Source: Haloquadratum walsbyi C23 (GTDB taxonomy: Archaea > Halobacteriota > Halobacteria > Halobacteriales > Haloferacaceae). From it: DNA of 32,000 nt. The DNA is taken from contig NC_017459.1 in the NCBI RefSeq assembly GCF_000237865.1, positions 2,760,001-2,792,000 of the forward strand, written 5' to 3'. Position 1 is the first letter of the stretch, and each line of letters begins with the position of its first letter. This document shows, piece by piece, positions 18,247-26,673 of this stretch. The notes beneath the pieces were generated by a model. The model worked only from the letters and a program-made list of their open reading frames with translations. It was not told where the DNA came from and searched no databases. A program made the position numbers and the translations under genes.

Positions 18247-18802
18247 GCAGACTCTCAATACTAATACCAAGCCAGTCCACCGTTGGAATCGATGTGTGAC
18301 CGGTCACTGGGCAATCTCCAGAAAGTGCCAAGCCCCCGGTACTCCTCTCCTCACCCGAGGCGAAGTCCCTGTGTTGGTTGTGCCACAGGAGCTTCGGTCA
18401 CTGTCACTGTCACCGGACTCGGAGTTACTTGCATTATTGACGAGAGCCCGATGCTTATTGTTTGATTCCCCACATGGGGAACACCCTGTTTCCAGCGTGG
18501 GGCGGACACTCACACTCGAATCGCCACCTGTCGGGCACTCGGCTACATCGGGACCACAACCGATGTGCTGACACTAGTATATACATCGCTGTCAAAAAAC
18601 CCGTTCGGAATCTCTCACTGTGGCGGCGTGGAATTGCGCCTGTTCAGCGTATACCTATAGATCAGCACTCACTTCCTTTCTGAGTCGATTATCGATCTCA
18701 TCCTGAGATTGTATCTTAATCAATGAGTACTGATACTGCTGGGTTAACAACAGAGAGTGTGACAATGACAGACGTTAGCGGCTATATTCTATCATAAAGA
18801 TA

Positions 18803-19534
18803 TTAGCCTAGTTCTGTAACCACTGCAGCCCCATCGATAAATACGATATCATTTTTTTCAGCGTATGTCTGTGCATCTGTGGGCGCTGTTGCATTCCCAG
18901 TCGCATCATCCAACATTTCACAAACAACAACCGCTGGTGCACAGTCGGCCGCATCGGCAAGTGCAAGTCCTAATTCCGTATGACCTCTTCGATCTGTCAA
19001 TAATTTTGGCGCCCCCCGAAGAACGTTGACGTGTCCAGGCGTTCGAAATTCAGCTGCAAAATCCTCAGCAGTATATTCACCGGCATCTGCTGCTTCGGCA
19101 ACGGTTCCAAGACGATGAATCGTTTGCGCCCGATCATCGTCGGTGATACCGGTGAATGTTTCGCGATGATTTACCGGCAGTGAAAATGAGGATCGGCTAT
19201 CATATCCAAGATCATGATCCGCCGTCGTAGGGTGTTCAATTACATCCTCCAAAAATGGTAACTCAAGCGTTGTTGCAACAGTATCAGACACTGCAGTGCA
19301 AATAAGTCCTCCAGCATCATTACGAAGTCGAGCAATGGCATCTGAATCAATAGCACGGGCAGGATAAATAATATCAGTCTCGCCCTCCCGATCTGTAAAA
19401 TCATGTACAAGTACCGGGTCGCCATCACGAAATGCTGTTACCGCAGCGGTGACAGTTTCGCTCGATTCAATATATCTATCAGTTGTTGTATCCATATTAG
19501 CGGTACTTGGGTTAATATCGGCGTTCGTATCCAT
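18803..19534 (-). CDS. ribB: 3,4-dihydroxy-2-butanone 4-phosphate synthase
   Basis: 243-aa ORF. An alternative start at M14 (19495) is possible. Motifs: GDPVLVHDFTDREGETDIIYPA, GHTELG, VVCEMLDD. Confidence 0.9.
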   Translation of the reverse strand: MDTNADINPSTANMDTTTDRYIESSETVTAAVTAFRDGDPVLVHDFTDREGETDIIYPARAIDSDAIARLRNDAGGLICTAVSDTVATTLELPFLEDVIEHPTTADHDLGYDSRSSFSLPVNHRETFTGITDDDRAQTIHRLGTVAEAADAGEYTAEDFAAEFRTPGHVNVLRGAPKLLTDRRGHTELGLALADAADCAPAVVVCEMLDDATGNATAPTDAQTYAEKNDIVFIDGAAVVTELG

Positions 19535-19623
19535 ATACGTGAAATCGTCGGCTAGGTATCGTTTCTGTATGAGTATTCATTTATTATCTATCATAGTCTG
19601 TGCGTTGTTAAAGTGTAACAATC

Positions 19624-20331
19624 TCATTCTTTCGGCTTCAGTTGCACCGTGATACGCTGCCCATCGGTAAGTTCGAGGCTGTCTCGAAGCCGCTCCGGCG
19701 CAATAACTTCAAGTTGCGTTTCATCGTGATGCGTCCGTTCTGGGACGATGATATGTGCAGCTTCTGCGGTTTGTTCAGCAAGTATAATTTCAGCCGGATA
19801 GCACGTTGCTGGACCAAACGTCCGCTCGTCGTCCTCCCATCCATCGATCTGAATTCCTGTAAGGGATGACACAGCCACTCGTGTTCGTGTACTATCATCA
19901 TCAAGATCAATATTGAGTGTTCCAGGGAATGGCTCATAGCCAAGTCGTTCGCGGAATTGTTTCATATACCCGGACAATGAAATATAGTGACGCCCTTCGC
20001 CCATTCCGCTTGTGACCGTTCCGGTGAGTTCAACAACTGAGGAGTTGTCCCCAAATATTTCCTGATATTGTGTATACTCCTTATGTAGCGCTGTCTCGCC
20101 CGCCTTTGTCAACGAAACCCACTGTCCATCTGTGACGACGTCACGATCAAGATATCCTGCTGCTTCAAGCCGCTGAAGTCGACGTGATGCGGTTTGACTC
20201 GATGCATCGAGTCGGTCGCTGAGCTCTGAACAAGAGATTTTAATCGGCTCTGAGTGTGCCCCCTCTAGGGCAACGAATTTCAGTGCCGCGAGTTCATCAT
20301 GACCAACGGCTGTCGTCGATTCTGCCATCAT
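19624..20331 (-). CDS. ribK: HTH-fused CTP-dependent riboflavin kinase (RbkR-type bifunctional kinase/regulator architecture)
   Basis: Track ORF 19624..20370 trimmed to ATG 20331 (MMAESTT...). N-terminal winged-helix segment (SQTASRRLQRLEAAGYLDR). C-terminal archaeal riboflavin kinase motifs: SGMGEGRHYISL and YEPFPGTLN. Confidence 0.87.
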   Translation of the reverse strand: MMAESTTAVGHDELAALKFVALEGAHSEPIKISCSELSDRLDASSQTASRRLQRLEAAGYLDRDVVTDGQWVSLTKAGETALHKEYTQYQEIFGDNSSVVELTGTVTSGMGEGRHYISLSGYMKQFRERLGYEPFPGTLNIDLDDDSTRTRVAVSSLTGIQIDGWEDDERTFGPATCYPAEIILAEQTAEAAHIIVPERTHHDETQLEVIAPERLRDSLELTDGQRITVQLKPKE

Positions 20332-20623
20332 CGTAATTAGTCTTTGATGCATGTTAAGAATAACGGACATGGAATGCTTTCCAGAATCGATATGTATTAA
20401 TATATTTGTATGTGCAGTCTACATCAGTACTTATCAATACAATCATTGGTCATATCCGAAGCCACGTGCACTTAATCTGGAATATTCCCTTCGGTGTTCT
20501 GTTTCGAATAAAGAGAATCACATTATCAACAACTGGTGTGGAATGAACGAATCATCTCACTCTCCTCAGCGATTCACGCTGCGTTCTTGAACTTGAGGGG
20601 CTTCGATATGCTCTCGCATCATG

Positions 20624-21272
20624 TCGGATTACCTGCTTCTCTGACAGTATTTACAGACGTACAAGGAGAATGCCTCGAGGGTCGACCTCGGGGGTGAATC
20701 CGACAACCCACAGTGCAAATCATTAGATAGACACACTACTCCCTATTAAAGAGCGATGGAGTATACTCACCGCTACCACACTTACCCGACACAAGAGGTA
20801 GCGGAGAGACTGCAATACCACATTGATGTCCATCGCCAAGCGTACAGCTACGCCCTGTCCGTCGTGTAGGTCCGAGTATGACCGTGATGCGAACGCGTCG
20901 TTGAACGCCCTAGAGCGCGGTTTTTCTGAACTATGGGAGTGACCCGAAGACACGTCCGTGGAGGCTGCGCTGCCTATGGATACTCATTCATAGTGATTAG
21001 TTCGAATAATTTCACTGGCGGTGTCGAATGACGCGGGTTCAGCGGCTCCTATCACCGACACGGATAATCACGGCGGTAAAGACTTGCACTAATCACTATC
21101 AGTATCTGCAAAGCGCGTCGCAGAAACGGGAAGCCTCAGGGCTTTGATCTTGATGTTGATATGATCCCGAGGCGATTCATAAGCGGTGTGTCGTGATGAC
21201 GCCTGCCCACGGGAGTTTATTTTACTACACTTCGCTCATCAGATAGTCGGTTCGCTCGCTGAGGGAGGGTGA
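20624..21272 (+). mobile_element. internally deleted IS1341/IS605-type (TnpB) mini-element remnant
   Basis: The left side has a nested inverted repeat TCGGATT/AATCCGA (20624-20630/20697-20703). Inside it is the hairpin CCTCGAGG-GTCGA-CCTCGGGG (20673-20693). The body holds tnpB 5' and 3' coding fragments. A 3' non-coding tail ends in the CACTTCGCTCA...CGGTTCGCTCGCTGAGGG motif. Confidence 0.6.
20756..21134 (+). pseudogene. tnpB remnant: first ~34 codons fused to the C-terminal zinc-finger/tail codons, with frameshifts
   Basis: Hand translation gives MEYTHRYHTYPTQEVAERLQYHIDVHRQAYSYAL. A frame shift then gives CPSCRSEYDRDANASLNALERGFSELWE*, a further shift gives EDTSVEAALPMDTHS*, and later comes SAKRVAETGS. 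These match the conserved N-terminal and C-terminal ends of haloarchaeal IS1341-type TnpB. The RuvC core between them is absent. Confidence 0.6.
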
Positions 21273-21443
21273 ATGGATAGCGCGTTAGTGAACCAGGAAG
21301 TTCTAGAATCGGGTAGAAGACAAAGTGCGTTGAATTATCTGATCACAGGGTACATTCACTGTCAGACAGTATCACAATTATGTAGTAGGTATACGTCTGG
21401 CTTGTTCGGAAAGGCATTTAGTTACCCTTCATAAATGTGAGAT

Positions 21444-23234
21444 ATGTTCAGACCCTTTCGGTCGGAGGTGGAACACGCCGTTGAGTCTGCATTGCAGACA
21501 CTTGCACTCCCGACCGATGACTTGGGGGTGGAGACACCACCTGAGGATGTCCCAGCGACGCTTGCCTCAAGCGTTGCATTTCGTCTTGCAAGATCTGCCA
21601 AGGACTCACCGCCACGCGTGGCAGATGATATTGCTGCTGCTATTGATCTTGAGCCTGATTCTCAGACATATGAGTATATTGACCATGTAGATACGCGTGG
21701 TCCGTACATCAATTTTCACGTCAACGATGCATACTATATGGATACCCTTACCGCTGCTCAGGATCCTGAATACGGACACCTCCCCAATACGGGTCAGTCT
21801 GTTGTTGTCGAGCATACGAGTGCGAACCCAACAGGACCAGTTCATGTTGGACGTGGACGGAATACAATCTTTGGGGACGCCGTTGCTCGATTACTCGAAT
21901 ACAATGGTGACACTGTTGACCGACATTACTATCTCAATGACGCTGGTCGTCAGGTCGGTGTATTTACCTGGGCATATGAGAAATTTGATGCTGATTCACT
22001 TCCCGACCCAGAGCGTGATCGTCCTGATTATGATCTTGTTCGGTATTATCGTCGAGGGAATGAATTCCTTGAGAATGCTGATGCTGATGCCGTCGAATCT
22101 GCTGAGGACGAGATTGCATCAATTATCAATGGTCTTGAGGCAGGCAATACTGAAACGTATGAGCGTGTTCAAACTGTCGTAGACCAGGTCATTGACGGAA
22201 TGCAACAATCATTTGACCGTCTTTCAGCAATATTTGATGAATTTATCAAAGAAACACGGTTTATTCAGAATGGAGATGCTGATGCTGTGGTTGAGCGTCT
22301 TAAATCCGCTGATTGTGCGGTTTATGAGGACGATGCATGGCAGATCGACCTCAGTGCATACGATATTGAAAAAAATCTCGTCTTTCTTCGTTCCGATGGA
22401 ACGACATTGTATACAACACGTGATCTTGCCCATCATGAGTGGAAATTTGACAATTATGACGCTTCAGTGACCATTCTTGGTGAGGATCACAAACTCCAAG
22501 CTGAGCAACTTGATGCAACGCTTCAGATCCTTGGAAATGACACCGATCAGCTCAGACAGCCGTTTTATTCATGGGTTAACCTTCCAGAAGGTGGTATGTC
22601 AACTCGCAAGGGAACTGGTGTTGATCTTGATGACTTACTCGATGAGGCAATCGCTCGTGCCCGCGAGGAAGTACATGATAGACTAGGATCACGTGTTCGC
22701 GATGACTCTCTCTCTAGCGATGATATTGACCGTATTGCCCGGCAGGTCGGCGTTGGTGCCGTCCGATACGATATTGTCTCAAAGCAACCAACCAAAGGAA
22801 TCACATTCGAGTGGGATCGCGCACTTGATTTTGAGGCACAATCTGCACCATATATCCAGTATGTCCATGCACGCTGTTGTGGCATTGAGACAGAGGTTAA
22901 CTCAAACACAGATCTCGATATTGATGCTCTCACGTCCGATTCAATACCTGATATCACAATGCTTCGGACGGATGCCGAACGTGCGCTCCTTCAAGAGATC
23001 GCTCGATTCCCCGCAGTTGTCGAATCAGCAGCAGCGGATCTTGAGCCACATGTCATTGCAACGTTTGCTCGTTCATTTGCTGAACAATTTAATACATTCT
23101 ACCGTGAGTGCTCGGTGTTGAACGCGGAAAGTGAAATCATGACTGCGGCTAGGGTGAGCCTTGTTCGTGCTGCTCGACACACTGTTGCGAATGCGCTTGA
23201 TATCGTCGGGGTTGAGGCACCTCAGTCAATGTAA
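21444..23234 (+). CDS. argS: arginine--tRNA ligase
   Basis: 596-aa ATG ORF with a class-I HIGH region ([17 protein letters not shown]). N-terminal Arg-tRNA-binding and C-terminal DALR-type domain layout. Confidence 0.95.
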   Translation: MFRPFRSEVEHAVESALQTLALPTDDLGVETPPEDVPATLASSVAFRLARSAKDSPPRVADDIAAAIDLEPDSQTYEYIDHVDTRGPYINFHVNDAYYMDTLTAAQDPEYGHLPNTGQSVVVEHTSANPTGPVHVGRGRNTIFGDAVARLLEYNGDTVDRHYYLNDAGRQVGVFTWAYEKFDADSLPDPERDRPDYDLVRYYRRGNEFLENADADAVESAEDEIASIINGLEAGNTETYERVQTVVDQVIDGMQQSFDRLSAIFDEFIKETRFIQNGDADAVVERLKSADCAVYEDDAWQIDLSAYDIEKNLVFLRSDGTTLYTTRDLAHHEWKFDNYDASVTILGEDHKLQAEQLDATLQILGNDTDQLRQPFYSWVNLPEGGMSTRKGTGVDLDDLLDEAIARAREEVHDRLGSRVRDDSLSSDDIDRIARQVGVGAVRYDIVSKQPTKGITFEWDRALDFEAQSAPYIQYVHARCCGIETEVNSNTDLDIDALTSDSIPDITMLRTDAERALLQEIARFPAVVESAAADLEPHVIATFARSFAEQFNTFYRECSVLNAESEIMTAARVSLVRAARHTVANALDIVGVEAPQSM

Positions 23235-23401
23235 CATAGCATATCATACATGGTATTACTATTATTGACTGAGAATCGTAACCGTAGTATTCTAGAAAGT
23301 ATCAGACATTTTATATTCTCACATACCCACTATCGTTGTCGTCTTATTGAACCGAGTATCGTTATTGACGCGACTAATAACTGTTGAGACGATATATCAA
23401 C

Positions 23402-23521
23402 TCAGGTAATTAGCGACCCGCCAACAAAAAAGATAGTCGCTGCACCCGCACCGAGCGCAATAACTAAGAACATGAGCAGCCACCAGAGCGGCACCCCAGA
23501 ATCGGTATCATCAGTTGCCAT
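23402..23521 (-). CDS. possible small membrane protein (39 aa)
   Basis: Not in the ORF track because it is under 60 aa. Hand translation: MATDDTDSGVPLWWLLMFLVIALGAGAATIFFVGGSLIT*. It has an acidic N-terminus followed by one clean TM helix, and sits between argS and the aRF1 gene. Confidence 0.3.
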   Translation of the reverse strand: MATDDTDSGVPLWWLLMFLVIALGAGAATIFFVGGSLIT

Positions 23522-23648
23522 ACTCTCGATTCATAAGAGCCACTAAAAGAAGTTCCCGTTTTGTTTCTCGAAACCGCTTTATTGCTGTATACCCCTCTTA
23601 TCTCCTGTAGTCGCAGCATACTTACCGTCGAATATAGAAATATAAACA

Positions 23649-24899
23649 ATGAGTACCGACGCCGAAGACGTGAGCAACGACCGCCGTAAATACGAGTTCC
23701 GAAAAGTTATTGAGGAACTTAGAGAGTACGAGGGGTCTGGTACGCAACTCGTTACTATCTATATCCCACCTGATAGACAGGTCTCTGATGTTGTTGCTCA
23801 CATCACACAAGAACACTCGGAGGCGTCAAATATTAAGTCAAAACAAACACGGACAAACGTCCAAGACGCACTCACTTCAATTAAAGATCGACTCCGATAT
23901 TACGATACATATCCGCCAGACAATGGTATTGTCCTCTTTTCTGGCGCTGTTAGCACAGGTGGCGGACAAACGACGATGGTAACGCGATCGCTTGAAAGTC
24001 CACCTGAGCCAGTCCAATCGTTCAGATATCATTGTGACTCCGACTTTCTCACAGACCCACTTGAAGACATGCTCGCAGATAAGGGTCTGTTCGGGCTGAT
24101 TGTCCTTGACCGTCGAGAGGCAAATGTAGGATGGTTAAAAGGAAAACGTGTTGAGCCAGTTAAATCAGCATCTTCGCTTGTTCCAGGGAAGCAACGAAAA
24201 GGTGGTCAGTCTGCACAACGGTTTGCCCGACTTCGACTTGAGGCAATCGATAATTTCTATCAAGAAGTCGCCGGGATGGCAAATGACCTGTTTGTGCCCA
24301 AGCGACACGAGATAGATGGTGTGCTGGTTGGTGGTCCCTCACCAACGAAGGATGAATTCCTTGATGGGGATTATCTGCATCATGAACTTGGAGATGTTGT
24401 TGTCGGAAAATTCGATGTTTCATATACAGATGAATCGGGTTTACACGATCTTGTTGACTCTGCCCAAGATGTCCTTGCTGATCAGGAGGTAATGAAAGAT
24501 AAAGCCGAAATGGAAGAGTTCTTTGAGAAGCTCCATGGCGGTGAGGAAGCAACATATGGGTTTGAACCGACGCGAAAGAATCTAATGATGGGTGCCGTTG
24601 ACCGACTCTTACTCTCTGAGGATCTTCGGTCTGATGTTGTTGTGTATGAGTGCCCCGATGGTCATGAGGAGTACGAAGTTATTGATCGTCGACATGATGA
24701 TCCTGAGCATACTTGTAGTGACTGTGGAAGTGCATCTGAGAAGACCGAACGCGAGGATGTCATCGAATATCTAATGAGTATTGCTGAACAACGCGGAACC
24801 GAGACAAAGTTCATCTCGACTGACTTTGAGAAGGGTGAGCAATTACACAATGCGTTTGGTGGTATTGCTGGGATTCTCCGATATGCGACCGGAATATAA
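23649..24899 (+). CDS. prf1: peptide chain release factor aRF1
   Basis: 416-aa ATG ORF with a NIKS codon-recognition motif (SNIKSKQTR) and a GGQ motif (RKGGQSAQRF). Confidence 0.95.
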   Translation: MSTDAEDVSNDRRKYEFRKVIEELREYEGSGTQLVTIYIPPDRQVSDVVAHITQEHSEASNIKSKQTRTNVQDALTSIKDRLRYYDTYPPDNGIVLFSGAVSTGGGQTTMVTRSLESPPEPVQSFRYHCDSDFLTDPLEDMLADKGLFGLIVLDRREANVGWLKGKRVEPVKSASSLVPGKQRKGGQSAQRFARLRLEAIDNFYQEVAGMANDLFVPKRHEIDGVLVGGPSPTKDEFLDGDYLHHELGDVVVGKFDVSYTDESGLHDLVDSAQDVLADQEVMKDKAEMEEFFEKLHGGEEATYGFEPTRKNLMMGAVDRLLLSEDLRSDVVVYECPDGHEEYEVIDRRHDDPEHTCSDCGSASEKTEREDVIEYLMSIAEQRGTETKFISTDFEKGEQLHNAFGGIAGILRYATGI

Positions 24900-24916
24900 C
24901 ACTATCATCTGTTCTA

Positions 24917-24981
24917 CACGGGTCAACGACCTCACCTCACTTCGCTCACCGCGTCACGCGGTTCCCTCGGTGAGGGTGAGG
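24917..24981 (+). repeat. solo copy of the IS1341-type 3'-end motif, forming an extended hairpin
   Basis: CACGGG-N15-CACTTCGCTCA-N10-CGGTTCCCTCGGTGAGGG parallels 21208-21265 (CACGGG-N14-CACTTCGCTCA-N9-CGGTTCGCTCGCTGAGGG). An 11-bp stem with one bulge pairs 24930-24940 with 24970-24981. It encloses an inner CCGCG-TCA-CGCGG hairpin. Confidence 0.6.
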
Positions 24982-25347
24982 CTTGCCAGTGACCTCTTTC
25001 TCTAACCCACAACAGTATAATGGGTGAGGGCTGTATACACTGACTCGGTGTCCTTGACCCTGACTTCAGACCATATTGAGTTCGACCGACTGCCACCTTT
25101 TGTTAGTCGCTTTTGTGAAGCAGATTGTTGGTGATGACTCTCCGAACTGAGTAAATTCGGTAGATCGGTTCTTTCACCCTGTCTCACTCTCGTTCTGGGA
25201 AGCTCAGGCGACGTAGGGAAATACAAAAAATCGCCCGACTGCTCGCCACCAACAACGTACTTCATAAGAGCGTTGTTAGTACAAGATTTTGTTTATGTGG
25301 CGTCAGATTGACCCTTCCATATGGAACATCCTCTCACGACTGAAGAC

Positions 25348-25602
25348 CTGTCTCTTACCCATAAGTTCGTGGAATCGTAACCGGACGTGTCAGACGCTGT
25401 CAGAGGTATTTTGAACGCAGAAAATCGAAGAGAGAGGCGATTCAAACAGTGATATCGGCTGTGGAGGGGTATAGAACGCCGGTAATCAATGCCAGTATAA
25501 TTGTTCCAAAGAGGTGTTGAACCTGTAGATACCGAGGATTTCAGTCGTGCTCGCCGATCCCGTTCCGCTAAAATCCTGACTCGAGTTGTGAGTAAGAGAC
25601 AG
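25348..25602. mobile_element. MITE-like non-autonomous element (255 bp) with TIRs and target-site duplication
   Basis: Left end CTGTCTCTTAC (25348-25358) is the exact reverse complement of the right end GTAAGAGACAG (25592-25602). Imperfect complementarity continues inward to ~18 bp. The element is flanked by the direct repeat GACTGAAGAC (25338-25347 and 25603-25612). No ORF inside. Confidence 0.65.
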
Positions 25603-25708
25603 GACTGAAGACCGGGTATTCGCCTTGTATTCTATGACGTACCAGTATGACAAGTGTCGGTCTATGAGATGCTTGATATAATATTATAAGATAGTATTCA
25701 GGTTGTCA

Positions 25709-26413
25709 TCAGTCATCTGCAGGCGTTTGGACAACAGTTTCATCAGTCATTTCAGACTCATCTTCCTCTTCATCTTCTTCTTCCTCTTCAGCTTCCTTTT
25801 TATTCTTGATTTTCTTCAGTCTGAAAATCTCTTCACGCTCTTGTTCTTCGAGTTTTTGCTCGATATACTCCTTATTCTCATAGAGGTCTGGTAGGAGTTT
25901 GAACTCTAACGCATTGACCCGACGTTTTGTAGTCTCAATTTCTTTAAGCATCTTCTTCATCGCCGTTTCGACCTCTGCGGCGAGAATGATCGTTTCTATT
26001 AACTCCTCATATGCATCTGCGGCTTCATCAATCCGTGCAGATGATCCGAGAAGCCCATATCCACGCTGATCTAGCGACTTTTTGACACGCGATGATTCAA
26101 TTTGCGGGACGACAACTCCCATGATATTTTTCGATCGAGTCGTAATCTCAGGATGTTCTTTCAATGCAGCAGCAGCACCTCGAACGGCAACATCACCCTC
26201 CATTGCCCGTGCCATATTCAGTTTTTGCTGCGCAGTTTCATAATTGGCATTCAGATCTGAGCGGACATCCTGCGCTTGATCAAGAATATCCATGAATTCC
26301 ATGATCAGTCCATCACGCTTCTGCTCAAGCGTATCGTGACCGCGCTCGGAAAGCTGAATCCGATCATCGATCGCCATCAGATTCTTTCGAGTTGGTTTGA
26401 CGTCCTCAGCCAT
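25709..26413 (-). CDS. atpD: A-type ATP synthase subunit D
   Basis: 234-aa ORF. N-terminus [32 protein letters not shown] is typical of subunit D. It carries a polyacidic C-terminal extension. Confidence 0.93.
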   Translation of the reverse strand: MAEDVKPTRKNLMAIDDRIQLSERGHDTLEQKRDGLIMEFMDILDQAQDVRSDLNANYETAQQKLNMARAMEGDVAVRGAAAALKEHPEITTRSKNIMGVVVPQIESSRVKKSLDQRGYGLLGSSARIDEAADAYEELIETIILAAEVETAMKKMLKEIETTKRRVNALEFKLLPDLYENKEYIEQKLEEQEREEIFRLKKIKNKKEAEEEEEDEEEDESEMTDETVVQTPADD

Positions 26414-26673
26414 TTATACAATATAATTGTGCACAGAGATGCTAAAGGTTTTGAATTTATATATTAAACAACGAGCGTCCTCTTACAGTTGATTTGGTGA
26501 TGGATATATTATTACCTGATCGAGTGATACTCACCGTCTGGCACCTAGGGTATACCATATAGTGTTTTTCGCTTTTCACAACGTTTGGTGCATTCACTAC
26601 GTTGATGATCAGAAAAATTATATTAACCCGAATCTCGTAGACAGAACAAAAGAGTACAAAGAACGTATTATAG

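Noticed and set aside
18058-18571. Three overlapping ORFs (18058..18270 -, 18200..18571 +, 18304..18513 -) in the GC-rich patch
   Set aside because: They mutually overlap and their low-complexity stretches (KPKPKPKP, SDSDSD) derive from the hexanucleotide repeats. They are better explained as decayed mobile-element DNA.
20723-20953. 76-aa - strand ORF
   Set aside because: It is antisense to the recognisable tnpB remnant fragments and has no features of its own.
25002-25894. ORFs 25002..25265 (-) and 25703..25894 (+)
   Set aside because: The first lies in non-coding DNA next to repeat debris and is basic with no start context. The second is the antisense of the GAA/GAG-rich acidic tail of atpD.
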